Position numbers and translations under genes: made by a program. The notes under the pieces were generated by a model. That model made no database searches, was not told the origin of the DNA, and saw only the letters and a program-made list of their open reading frames with translations. DNA of 63,179 nt from an uncultured Pelagibacteraceae bacterium (GTDB taxonomy: Bacteria; Pseudomonadota; Alphaproteobacteria; Pelagibacterales; Pelagibacteraceae). Every line of letters begins with the position of its first letter. Positions within the stretch are counted from its first letter, which is position 1. The DNA is taken from the NCBI GenBank assembly GCA_902607525.1, contig CACLKK010000001.1:1-63179 (forward strand). Direction: 5' to 3'. Shown here in pieces: positions 1 through 8,971 of this stretch.

Positions 1-34
1 CAAGTAAACGATACAGCTTTTTTCATAAATAGAA

Positions 35-946
35 CTATACCGCTAATTTATAGGCGAAATCTTTTCCTAAACTTTCTCTTAAATGAGCACAAAAGCGAGC
101 CCCTTCAGCACCATCTATAACTCTGTGATCATAGGATAAAGATAATGGAAGCATTATCTTGTTTTCATATTTGCCGTCAACAAAAACTTGCTTCTTTTCA
201 GCTCTCCCTATACCGAGAATTGCTACTTCTGGTTGGTTAATTATAGGAGTAAAAAAACTACCTCCAATGCTTCCCAAACTTGAAATTGTCATTGATCCAC
301 CAAAAAATTCTTTTTTATCAATTTTTAGATCTTTACACAATTTAGCAATTTTTTTTAATTCTTGTCCTAGTTCAGTTATATCTTTTTTATCTGCATTCCT
401 AATTTTTGGAACCATTAATCCATGCGGCGTATCCATTGCTATACCTACGTGAAAATATTTTTTATATATAAGTTTTTCTTTTTTTAGATCCAATGAAGAA
501 TTAAAATTTGGATAATCTTTTAAGGCTTTTACTAAAGCTCTAATTATAAAAGGTAATGGAGTAATAGAAAGCTTTTCACCAGTATAAAGATCTCTTAAAG
601 ATTTTCTGAATTTTTCCATTTCAGTTATATCTGCTTCGTCATGTTGCGTGACATGTGGAATTTCGTTCCAAGATTTTTCTAAATGAGGGCCAGCAATTTT
701 TTTAAGACGTGGAAGAGGTTTTGTTTCAATTTTACCAAACTCAGAATGATCATACTGTAAAGAGATTGTGGCATGTTTTTTATGAACTTTTCCAGAGATT
801 GATTCTTTAACGAATGATTTGACATCTTCTTCCGAAACTCTTCCTTCTCTTTGGGAGCCTTGTATTTGGTATATATCTGCTCCAAACTCTCTTGCTAATT
901 TTCTAACTTTTGGACTTGCACTTACTATTTTTTTTTCATCTGACAT
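35..946 (-). CDS. aceF: Dihydrolipoamide acetyltransferase (pyruvate dehydrogenase E2): subunit-binding domain plus catalytic core only, no lipoyl domain
   Basis: 303-aa ORF. N-terminal peripheral-subunit-binding motif SPKVRKLAREFGADIYQIQGS..GRVSEEDV. C-terminal acyltransferase active site SLSYDHRVIDGAEGARF. Starts 2 nt after the E1 stop. Confidence 0.9.
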   Translation of the reverse strand: MSDEKKIVSASPKVRKLAREFGADIYQIQGSQREGRVSEEDVKSFVKESISGKVHKKHATISLQYDHSEFGKIETKPLPRLKKIAGPHLEKSWNEIPHVTQHDEADITEMEKFRKSLRDLYTGEKLSITPLPFIIRALVKALKDYPNFNSSLDLKKEKLIYKKYFHVGIAMDTPHGLMVPKIRNADKKDITELGQELKKIAKLCKDLKIDKKEFFGGSMTISSLGSIGGSFFTPIINQPEVAILGIGRAEKKQVFVDGKYENKIMLPLSLSYDHRVIDGAEGARFCAHLRESLGKDFAYKLAV

Positions 947-948
947 AT

Positions 949-3900
949 TTATAATTCTGTAGGAATAGGTTTTTCTTTATCAATATTATATCTCTTCATT
1001 GCCTTCTGAGCATGCTTCGATGGAATAAGCTGTTCTTTAGCTAGTGCGCTTAATGTATATGTAACAATATGCTCCTTATCAACTTCAAAAAATTTTCTTA
1101 ATTTTTTTCTACTATCACTTCTTCCGTATCCATCAGTTCCGAATGAATAAAATGGTTTGGAAAGATAGGGTCTTATTTGATCAGCGTAACTTCTCATATA
1201 GTCGGAGGCAGCAATAATTGGGCCATCTCTTTTGTTTAAACATTTTTGTACATATGATTTTTCTGGTTTTACTCCAGGATTAAGAAGATTTTTTCTCTCT
1301 GTCTCCATTCCTTCTCTTCTTAATTCATTAAAACTTGTTACACTCCAAACATCACTGTCAACGCCATAATCTTTACTTAAAACTTCTGCTGCAGATAACA
1401 TTTCTCTCAATATTGTTCCACACCCCAGTAATTGAATTTTAATTTTTCCTTTATTATTAAATTCCTTAAACAAATACATTCCCTTAAGTATGCCTTTTTC
1501 ACAATCTCTTGGAATTGATGGATGTTTATAATTTTCATTCATTACAGTTACATAATAAAAAATATTTTCTTGTTTATCATGCATTCTGCTTAGCCCTTCT
1601 TTTAAAATCACTGCTAGCTCATAAGCAAAAGTAGGGTCGTAGCTAATACAATTTGGAATAGTTGATGCAAGTAAGTGACTATGACCATCTTGGTGCTGTA
1701 GACCTTCCCCTGCTAAAGTTGTTCTACCTGCCGTTGCTCCTATCAAGAATCCTCTCGTTTGAGAATCTCCAGCAGCCCAAATAAGGTCCATCACTCTCTG
1801 AAAACCAAACATAGAGTAAAAGGTATAAATCGGTATCATTTCTAAATCATGATTGGTATAAGATGTGCCTGCCGCTATCCATGAGGATATTGATCCTGAT
1901 TCTGTAATTCCTTCTTCCAAAACTTGACCTTTTTTGTCTTCTTTATAAGAGCTAAGCTGTTCCGAATCTTCAGGTTCATATTTTTGTCCTTCATGCGCAT
2001 AAATACCGATCTTTTGAAAAAAACCTTCCATTCCAAAGGTTCTAGCCTCATCTGGAATGATTGGTACTAATCTTGAAGCGATATTTTTATCTCTTAATAA
2101 ACTGGTTAACATTCTCACAAGAGCCATTGTCGTAGACATTTCACGATCTCCTGAAGATTTAAGCATGTTTTCAAAAATATCTTTTGAAGGTTTTTTTATA
2201 GGTTTTGCATAAGAAGTTCGCTCTGGTAAATTTCCTCCAAGCTTCATTCTTCTTTCTTTGATATATTTTATTTCTTCTGATTTTTCTCCCGGTTTGTAGA
2301 ATTCAATATTTTTAACTTGTTTATCAGTAAGCGGGATATCAAATCGATCTCTATAATAAAGAAGATCTTCTTCTCCTAGTTTTTTTTGTTGATGGGTAGT
2401 ATTGGTGCTTTCTCCAGATTTGCCCATGCCATAACCTTTGATTGTTTTGGCTAAAATAACTGTTGGTTGACCTTTAGTTTTCATAGCCATATCATATGCG
2501 GCATAAACCTTGTGTGGATCGTGCCCACCTCTGTTAAGTTTCCATACATCTCTGTCGGTCATAGATGATACTAAATCTTTTAGTTCAGGATACTTACCAA
2601 AAAACTTCTCCCTTACATAAGCTCCTCCTTTAGCTTTAAAAGCTTGGTACTCCCCATCAACACATTCATTCATTCTTTTAACTAACAAACCACTTTTGTC
2701 TTTTGCTATTAAAGGATCCCAATACGAGCCCCAAATTACTTTTATTACATTCCAGCCTGCTCCTCTAAAAATGCCTTCTAACTCTTGAATGATTTTTCCA
2801 TTTCCCCTAACAGGTCCGTCTAATCTTTGTAGGTTGCAATTAATAACAAATATTAAATTATCTAATTTTTCTCTTGCAGCTAACCCAATAGCTCCTAAAG
2901 ATTCAGGTTCATCCATTTCTCCATCACCAAGAAAGGCCCAAATTTTTCTATCTTCATTTTTTAATAAACCTCTATTAATTAAATATTTTGTAAATCTGGC
3001 CTGGTAGATTGATAAAATTGGACCAAGACCCATCGATACCGTAGGGAATTGCCAAAATTTAGGCATTAGCCAAGGGTGAGGATAAGATGAAAGTCCATTA
3101 ACGCCCACTTCTTGCCTAAAATTACTTAATTGATTTGCGGTAAGTCTTCCTTCCAAAAAAGCTCTAGCATACATTCCTGGAGCACTATGACCTTGAAAAT
3201 AAATTAGATCTCCTCCAAATTTATTATTTTTAGCCCGCCAAAAATGATTCATACCTACGTCATAAAGTGTAGCAGCTGAAGCAAATGTTCCTATATGACC
3301 TCCTAATTCTGGATTTTTTTTGTTTGCTTTCACAACCATTGCTGCAGCATTCCATCTAATTAGTGATCTTATTTTTCTTTCAATATTTTGATCGCCGGTA
3401 GATTTTGTTTCGTTTTCTGGTGTTATAGTATTTATATAAGGTGTATTTCTTGTTAAAGGTTTATTAACACCTTCCTTATAAGTTTCATCGATTAATTTTT
3501 TTAAAATATAATGAGCTCTATCTGAACCATCTTTAGAAATAACTGCGCTTAAAGAGTCTAGCCATTCTTTTGTCTCTGTTGGATCGATATCAGCACCATT
3601 TGAACGAGCAGGAATTTTTCTAGTATTTTCTTTTTTCACTTTAGAAGGAATTGTCGATTCAGCTTGTTTAATAATTTTTTCAGTCTCTGGTGAAACCTCA
3701 TCTTCTTTTAAAATTAACGGTGTTTGTTTTTTTTGTGAAGGTTTAGCTGGTTTTTCTAACTTTTCTACCTTTTCTGAAATTTCAGCTTTATCATCTTCAA
3801 TTGTTGCTAAAACACTTCCTTTGGAAACCTTATCTCCAATTTTCACCTGTAATGAAGAAATTTTTCCTGAAAAAGGAGATGGAACTTCAACGCTAGATTT

Positions 3901-4023
3901 ATCACTTTCAAGAGTTACGATTGGATCGTTTTTTTTTATTATGGCTCCAGGCTTTGTTAAAATTTCAATTATTTCGACATTCTCGAAATCACCTATATCT
4001 GGAACGGTTATTTTTGATGCCAT
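949..4023 (-). CDS. aceE: Pyruvate dehydrogenase E1 (homodimeric AceE type) with N-terminal lipoyl domain fusion
   Basis: ORF is open 949..4080. The likely start is the ATG at 4023 (MASKITVPDIGD..., as at AceF lipoyl-domain N-termini). Lipoyl-lysine motif TLESDKSSVEVPS, a K/E/P/S-rich linker, then AceE-like DPTETKEWLDSL, ThDP motif GDGEMDEPES...NCNLQRLDGPVRGN and C-terminal transketolase-like domains. Confidence 0.9.
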   Translation of the reverse strand: MASKITVPDIGDFENVEIIEILTKPGAIIKKNDPIVTLESDKSSVEVPSPFSGKISSLQVKIGDKVSKGSVLATIEDDKAEISEKVEKLEKPAKPSQKKQTPLILKEDEVSPETEKIIKQAESTIPSKVKKENTRKIPARSNGADIDPTETKEWLDSLSAVISKDGSDRAHYILKKLIDETYKEGVNKPLTRNTPYINTITPENETKSTGDQNIERKIRSLIRWNAAAMVVKANKKNPELGGHIGTFASAATLYDVGMNHFWRAKNNKFGGDLIYFQGHSAPGMYARAFLEGRLTANQLSNFRQEVGVNGLSSYPHPWLMPKFWQFPTVSMGLGPILSIYQARFTKYLINRGLLKNEDRKIWAFLGDGEMDEPESLGAIGLAAREKLDNLIFVINCNLQRLDGPVRGNGKIIQELEGIFRGAGWNVIKVIWGSYWDPLIAKDKSGLLVKRMNECVDGEYQAFKAKGGAYVREKFFGKYPELKDLVSSMTDRDVWKLNRGGHDPHKVYAAYDMAMKTKGQPTVILAKTIKGYGMGKSGESTNTTHQQKKLGEEDLLYYRDRFDIPLTDKQVKNIEFYKPGEKSEEIKYIKERRMKLGGNLPERTSYAKPIKKPSKDIFENMLKSSGDREMSTTMALVRMLTSLLRDKNIASRLVPIIPDEARTFGMEGFFQKIGIYAHEGQKYEPEDSEQLSSYKEDKKGQVLEEGITESGSISSWIAAGTSYTNHDLEMIPIYTFYSMFGFQRVMDLIWAAGDSQTRGFLIGATAGRTTLAGEGLQHQDGHSHLLASTIPNCISYDPTFAYELAVILKEGLSRMHDKQENIFYYVTVMNENYKHPSIPRDCEKGILKGMYLFKEFNNKGKIKIQLLGCGTILREMLSAAEVLSKDYGVDSDVWSVTSFNELRREGMETERKNLLNPGVKPEKSYVQKCLNKRDGPIIAASDYMRSYADQIRPYLSKPFYSFGTDGYGRSDSRKKLRKFFEVDKEHIVTYTLSALAKEQLIPSKHAQKAMKRYNIDKEKPIPTEL

Positions 4024-4199
4024 ATTTAATGTTTTATTTATACCACAATTTAATCTTTTTTCAGCCATGTAAATAATCACACTACAGCTATGACGCTAAT
4101 TTTAGAAAATTTAGTAAAGTTGTTTACACCAAAATATAAAAATTTAGATGCAAAATTTTGGGTTCAAAAAGTGATTTTAAAAAAATATTTAAAGAAAAA

Positions 4200-5366
4200 T
4201 TAAAAATTACGCTCTAGACACATCGCAATTCCCATTCCTCCCCCTACGCAAAGGGTAGCGAGCCCTTTTTTGGAATCTCTTTTTTGCATTTCATGTAATA
4301 ATGTTACAACTATTCTTGTTCCTGAAGCTCCTATAGGATGACCTAAGGCAATAGCCCCACCATTCACATTAACTTTTTCTTCGGGCAAACCTAAATCTTT
4401 TATTACGGCCAAACTTTGGGCTGCAAAAGCTTCGTTTGATTCAATTAGATCTAATTCGTTTGTTTTCCAGCCGGCTTTTTCTAAAGCTTTTTTTGATGCA
4501 GGAATTGGTCCAGATCCCATTAAAGCCGGATCTACTCCACATGTAGCCCAGCTAACAATTCTAGCCAAAGGCTTTAGACCTCTTTTTTCAGCTTCTCGCT
4601 CTTCCATCAAAATAACAGCTGCTGCTCCATCATTTATTCCGGAAGCATTACCTGGAGTAACAGTTCCTTTACTTTTAAATGCAGGTTTCAGTTTTTCCAA
4701 TTTTTCAATGCTCATTCCATTTCTTGGATGTTCATCAATTTCAAATTTTTTTATAGAAATGATTTCATTTTTAAAATTTCCTTTTTTTTGCGCTTTTTCA
4801 GTTTTAATTTGTGAAGATAATGCAAAACTATCCTGTTCTTTTCTTGTAATCTTCCATTTTTCTGCAACATTTTCAGCTGTCACTCCCATATGATAACCAT
4901 TAAATGCATCCCAAAGTCCATCTTTCATCATAGTGTCTACAAGTTTTGATTCGTCTAATTTTTTATCATTACGGAAATTAATTGAGTGAGGTGCGTTCGT
5001 CATACTTTCCTGTCCACCTGCAACTACTATTTTTGCATCATTTGAAATAATAGATTGATACCCGTTTGCAATTGATCTCAGTCCAGATCCGCAAACTTGA
5101 TTCACTATATAGGCAGGTTTTTCAATCGGTAAACCAGCTTTGATCCCGGCTTGCCTTGCAGGATTTTGTCCGGTTCCGGCTGTTAAAACCTGTCCCATAA
5201 TTAAATCATCAATCTCTTCAGGTTTTAATTTTGATTTTTTTATAACTTCTTTTATCACAATTGATCCAAGGTCATGTGCCTGCATGTCTTTTAGCGATCC
5301 ACGGAATGTTCCTATAGCTGTTCTAGCTGCGGAAGTGATTACTATATTTCTTTCTTTAAAACTCAT
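4200..5366 (-). CDS. phaA: Acetyl-CoA C-acetyltransferase (thiolase II)
   Basis: 388 aa. Thiolase motifs [10 protein letters not shown] (active Cys), [20 protein letters not shown] and [10 protein letters not shown]. Confidence 0.93.
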   Translation of the reverse strand: MSFKERNIVITSAARTAIGTFRGSLKDMQAHDLGSIVIKEVIKKSKLKPEEIDDLIMGQVLTAGTGQNPARQAGIKAGLPIEKPAYIVNQVCGSGLRSIANGYQSIISNDAKIVVAGGQESMTNAPHSINFRNDKKLDESKLVDTMMKDGLWDAFNGYHMGVTAENVAEKWKITRKEQDSFALSSQIKTEKAQKKGNFKNEIISIKKFEIDEHPRNGMSIEKLEKLKPAFKSKGTVTPGNASGINDGAAAVILMEEREAEKRGLKPLARIVSWATCGVDPALMGSGPIPASKKALEKAGWKTNELDLIESNEAFAAQSLAVIKDLGLPEEKVNVNGGAIALGHPIGASGTRIVVTLLHEMQKRDSKKGLATLCVGGGMGIAMCLERNF

Positions 5367-5456
5367 AATTTATGTACTTTGTTAAATGATAAAATGAATC
5401 TCTTCAATAACAACATACAATATTAACATTACAAAAAAAATTAAGCATAATGGCGC

Positions 5457-5485
5457 TTCAAATAATACTTATTCTTTGATAAATA
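5457..5485 (+). promoter_or_regulatory. Candidate sigma70-type promoter for tRNA-Arg (TTCAAA-N17-TAAATA)
   Basis: -35 TTCAAA at 5457-5462, a 17-nt spacer and -10 TAAATA at 5480-5485. This lies 8 nt before the first tRNA nucleotide (5494). Confidence 0.35.
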
Positions 5486-5493
5486 AAGATTGA

Positions 5494-5570
5494 GCGCCTG
5501 TAGCTCAATTGGATAGAGCGCTTGGCTACGGACCAGGAGGTTCTGGGTTCAACTCCTAGCAGGCGCGCCA
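5494..5570 (+). tRNA. tRNA-Arg (anticodon ACG)
   Basis: Hand-folded cloverleaf. Acceptor GCGCCTG/CAGGCGC, D arm GCTC..GAGC, anticodon stem CTTGG/CCAGG with loop CTACGGA, T arm CTGGG-TTCAACT-CCTAG, encoded CCA. Confidence 0.9.
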
Positions 5571-5696
5571 TAAATAAACATTAATTATGAACTTAAATAG
5601 ATATCAAATATGACTTTACGAAAAGCGGTTATATATTTTTTTATTGTAATTGTATTATTTATAATTGTTTTGACTTTAATTTTTTAGAGAAAAAAT

Positions 5697-6122
5697 ATGA
5701 ATGATGGATTTGAACAAATAAGTCTTAAAGAAGGTTTTATGAAACACAATGGTGGTGTTTTGTTTAAAACTATTTCTAAAAATGAATATGAATTTAAAAC
5801 AACAATTAATGCAATTCACCTAAACTCTGCCGGCATCACTCATGGTGGTTTTATAGCAGCTTTGGTTGATGCGGGCGCTGGAACAGCAGCTCATAGATCG
5901 GCTGATCAAAATCCATGTGTGACTATTTCTCTGGAATTAAAATTTATTTCAGCAGTAAAATTAGGCCAAGAATTAATTGGAAAAACTAAAATACAAAAAA
6001 AAACTAAATCTTTAGTTTTTTTAACTTGTGAACTTGTATCTGAAAATAAAATAGTTGCTACCGCATCAGGCGTGTGGAAAATCTTAAGTAAAAAAATTCC
6101 AGGAGCTGGACCAGGTGGATAA
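5697..6122 (+). CDS. PaaI-family hotdog-fold acyl-CoA thioesterase
   Basis: 141 aa. Motif HGGFIAALVDAGAGTAA typical of PaaI/YdiI thioesterases. Confidence 0.75.
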   Translation: MNDGFEQISLKEGFMKHNGGVLFKTISKNEYEFKTTINAIHLNSAGITHGGFIAALVDAGAGTAAHRSADQNPCVTISLELKFISAVKLGQELIGKTKIQKKTKSLVFLTCELVSENKIVATASGVWKILSKKIPGAGPGG

Positions 6123-6156
6123 ATTATTCTGCGAAATATTTTTGTGTGCTTGCTTA

Positions 6157-6558
6157 CTAATTATTGTGCGTAATTTCTAAATCTTTATCTTGTATATATT
6201 TAAATCCATACTTTAAAGACAATTCCGCTTTATGAAGTTCTATTCCCATGTCAGCAGCATGTTGCAACGTTGAAATAAAATTTTCTCTAATTAAAGTGTT
6301 TACTATTTCTATTGCTGTTTTACCTTTAATTACTGCAACCATATCATTTATGGCTGCATTACCTAATTTAGTAAATTTACAGTAACCAACTTGAATAATT
6401 TTTTTTTTCTTATCTACTTCAATTAAAAAATATCCTTTCGGATCCATTTTCCAATCTTTTATTTTATGATATTTGGCAATTAATCTTTTTTTAATTTTTT
6501 TGTTAATATTATACCATCTGCCCTTGATAACATTTTTGTTTGAATTATCTTTTTTCAT
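6157..6558 (-). CDS. Small conserved hypothetical protein (resembles DUF4346 from memory), co-transcribed with TAXI-TRAP genes
   Basis: 133-aa ORF beginning 8 nt after the TRAP permease stop on the same strand. Segment DPKGYFLIEV...LQHAADMGIELHKAELSL recalls the DUF4346 pattern. No catalytic motif recognised. Confidence 0.55.
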   Translation of the reverse strand: MKKDNSNKNVIKGRWYNINKKIKKRLIAKYHKIKDWKMDPKGYFLIEVDKKKKIIQVGYCKFTKLGNAAINDMVAVIKGKTAIEIVNTLIRENFISTLQHAADMGIELHKAELSLKYGFKYIQDKDLEITHNN

Positions 6559-6565
6559 TTATTGT

Positions 6566-8896
6566 TTACCGTCTTTTGTAGTTCATGTACCCAAAACCAA
6601 AAAGTAAAATCAAAGCAAAAGGGTAAACAATTGCCTTATTGGGTCTTTCTAAATTCTCAATTTTAAATTCAGTAATAATATCACCCATTTCAATACCATC
6701 TTTCTTTGCAAAACCTTTCCAATCGAGTGTGTCTACTATCGTTTTACCACCTTGTTCAACTAAACTAATACCATAATCTTCTAAAGAATAGTTTTTATCA
6801 AAGCTGTTACTTTCAATTACAAAAAGTTTATATCTCTCTCCGTAATCAGTATTTCTAGTTATTTTTATATGAACATCTCGATCTGGTTTTAAAGTAACCA
6901 TTTCTAAGTTATTTATTTGTAAAGGAGAATACTCAAATTTTGGATAGAATTTATCCATAACATAATCGGGCCTTAAAAATGATAAAGAAATTAATAAAAA
7001 AACTATTATTTCATACCACCTCATTTTATTAACGAACCAAGCCTGGGTGGCTGCTGTAAATACTAATATACCAATTAAAGAAGTTATAATTACTACTAAA
7101 GCATGCCAAATATTTTCTATACCAATTAAAAGAAGTTCATGATTAAACAAGAACACAATAGGAAGAATGGCTGTTCTTAAGCTATACCAAAAAGCTTGTA
7201 CTCCAGTCCTAAGAGGATCTCCGCCCGAAATACCTGCTGCCGCATATGATGCGAGACCCACCGGAGGAGTTACGTCTGCCATCAGTCCAAAATAAAACAC
7301 AAATAAGTGAACAGCTATAAGTGGAAATATATATCCAGAAGCATTTCCGACGTCTACTAAAACCATAGACATTAATGAAGCTACAACAACATAGTTTGCA
7401 GTAGTAGGAAGACCCATGCCTAACAACAAACACAGAACTATAGTTAATAATATTAATATTACGACGTTATCTTTAGCAATAGATTCTATTACAATAATTA
7501 AATTTGTACTTAATCCCGTAGAACCCACTGCTCCTACTATTACTCCCGCGGTTGCAATAGCAATTCCAACTGCAACCATGTTTATGGCACCTTTTTCAAA
7601 TCCTACAATAGTTTGATTAAACCAAATTTTTAAAGCATCTTTAAAGTTTGATTCTTTTCTTGATTTAATTAATTTGTTTAACAAATTAACCAGAACTAAT
7701 GCGATGGTTGCATAAAAAATTGAGTAAGAAGCCGTGAAACGGAGGACAACCAATAAATATATTAAAACAAAAATTGGAATTAAAAAATGTAAACCAGCTA
7801 AAAAAGTCTTTTTTAAATGCGGAACATCTTTTTCTTCCATGCCTTTAAGATTTAATTTTAAAGCTTCAAGGTGTGAAATATAAAACAAAGCTATGTAAGA
7901 TATAATTGCTGGTAAAAATGCATGTTTTACAACTTCGAAATAAGTAACTCCTATAAAACTTGCCATGACAAAAGCTGCTGCTCCCATAACTGGAGGCATT
8001 ATTTGTCCATTAACTGAAGATGATACTTCTATTGCTCCTGCTTTCTCTTTTGAGAATCCAGTTTTTTTCATAATCGGGATAGTGAAGGTTCCTGTAGTAA
8101 CTGTATTTGCAACTGAAGAACCAGATATCATCCCCGTCATGCCGGATCCTAAAATGGCTGCCTTAGCAGGTCCTCCTCTCATTTTCCCAACCATAGCAAA
8201 AGCTAAGTCCAGAAAATATTTACCGCCACCTGCAGTTTCCAAAAGCGCACCAAATAGAACAAACAAAAATATAAAATCTACTGACACACCAATAGGAATT
8301 CCAAATATAGCTTCTTGATCAAACCATTGAAATCCAACAAGTCTCTTTAATGATAATCCACCATGAGAAATTATATCGGGAGCATATTGACCAAAATAAG
8401 AAAATAATAAGAAAATTATTGCTATTATAGCCAAAGGTTTTCCTATTACTCTTCTCGTTGCTTCAAGTAAAATTAAAATTCCAATTGTTCCAATAATTAA
8501 TTCGATTGGTATATTAATTTCCCCTAAAGTAATGTTTAAAAGAACTCCCCCTCTATCTATAAGTTGATCATAAAAAAAGTAAATATATAAACAACAAAAA
8601 GTACCAACTATACTTATTAAAATATCAAAAACTGAAATTTTTTTATTTCGTGAAATAGGAAATATTAAAAATGCTAAAAGCAAAGCAAAACCTAAATGAA
8701 TTGCTCTTGCTGGTAAACCCTTAAACATTCCAATATTAAATATGAATGGAAATGGTGAAGCATACCAAAGTTGAAATAAGGACCAAATAATTGCTATGGC
8801 TGCAACAATTTTTAAATGTAGTCCTGTCAGATTTCTAGTTGGAGATAAATCTTCGTGAATTTTGCTTTTAATTTTTATATCAGTTTTTTGGTCCAT
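6566..8896 (-). CDS. TRAP transporter fused 4TM/12TM permease (TAXI type) with C-terminal soluble extension
   Basis: 776 aa, highly polytopic and DctQ/DctM-like. The roughly 130-aa C-terminal non-membrane region followed by a final TM resembles the DUF3394-type tail of TAXI-TRAP fused permeases. Adjacent to a TAXI binding protein. Confidence 0.85.
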   Translation of the reverse strand: MDQKTDIKIKSKIHEDLSPTRNLTGLHLKIVAAIAIIWSLFQLWYASPFPFIFNIGMFKGLPARAIHLGFALLLAFLIFPISRNKKISVFDILISIVGTFCCLYIYFFYDQLIDRGGVLLNITLGEINIPIELIIGTIGILILLEATRRVIGKPLAIIAIIFLLFSYFGQYAPDIISHGGLSLKRLVGFQWFDQEAIFGIPIGVSVDFIFLFVLFGALLETAGGGKYFLDLAFAMVGKMRGGPAKAAILGSGMTGMISGSSVANTVTTGTFTIPIMKKTGFSKEKAGAIEVSSSVNGQIMPPVMGAAAFVMASFIGVTYFEVVKHAFLPAIISYIALFYISHLEALKLNLKGMEEKDVPHLKKTFLAGLHFLIPIFVLIYLLVVLRFTASYSIFYATIALVLVNLLNKLIKSRKESNFKDALKIWFNQTIVGFEKGAINMVAVGIAIATAGVIVGAVGSTGLSTNLIIVIESIAKDNVVILILLTIVLCLLLGMGLPTTANYVVVASLMSMVLVDVGNASGYIFPLIAVHLFVFYFGLMADVTPPVGLASYAAAGISGGDPLRTGVQAFWYSLRTAILPIVFLFNHELLLIGIENIWHALVVIITSLIGILVFTAATQAWFVNKMRWYEIIVFLLISLSFLRPDYVMDKFYPKFEYSPLQINNLEMVTLKPDRDVHIKITRNTDYGERYKLFVIESNSFDKNYSLEDYGISLVEQGGKTIVDTLDWKGFAKKDGIEMGDIITEFKIENLERPNKAIVYPFALILLFGFGYMNYKRR

Positions 8897-8917
8897 TTAT
8901 AAAGGATACTTTACTAT

Positions 8918-8947
8918 AAAAAAAAGGCCCAATAAATATATTGGGCC
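8918..8947 (-). terminator. Intra-operon hairpin plus U-tract between the TRAP binding-protein and permease genes (attenuating terminator)
   Basis: On the minus strand: GGCCCAATA-TATT-TATTGGGCC (8926-8947) followed by T8 (8918-8925). Confidence 0.6.
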
Positions 8948-8971
8948 TTTTAATTTAATTATGTACTTGAA

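Noticed and set aside
1-26. Possible start of another minus-strand gene (ATG at 26..24, MKKAVSFT...) downstream of the E2 gene, perhaps the E3/lpd position.
   Set aside because: Only 8 codons are visible, so there is no way to support identity or even coding status.
159-452. Antisense and shadow ORFs in the six-frame track. Examples: 159-452, 679-885, 2789-3007, 3821-4072, 4708-4893, 5140-5385, 7209-7433, 7416-7616, 7965-8318, 11222-11509, 11719-11976, 16361-16678, 27816-28181, 35442-35747, 46058-46354, 51010-51441, 61189-61386, 62196-62381 and similar.
   Set aside because: Each lies wholly inside, or opposite to, a gene with strong family motifs. Their translations are low-complexity F/I/L/S/K strings with no recognisable motifs. 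Such ORFs are expected by chance opposite long genes.
5494-5570. tRNA genes (5494-5570, 19414-19500) as integration hot-spots marking a genomic island.
   Set aside because: There is no integrase, no direct repeat of the tRNA 3' end and no compositional break or cargo genes nearby. The flanks are ordinary metabolic genes.
5610-5687. 25-codon hydrophobic micro-ORF (MTLRKAVIYFFIVIVLFIIVLTLIF) upstream of the thioesterase gene.
   Set aside because: It has no SD. Its composition (TTT/ATT/ATA codons) is what random AT-rich DNA yields. It sits where the thioesterase promoter and leader are expected. It is recorded only in case small-protein data exist.
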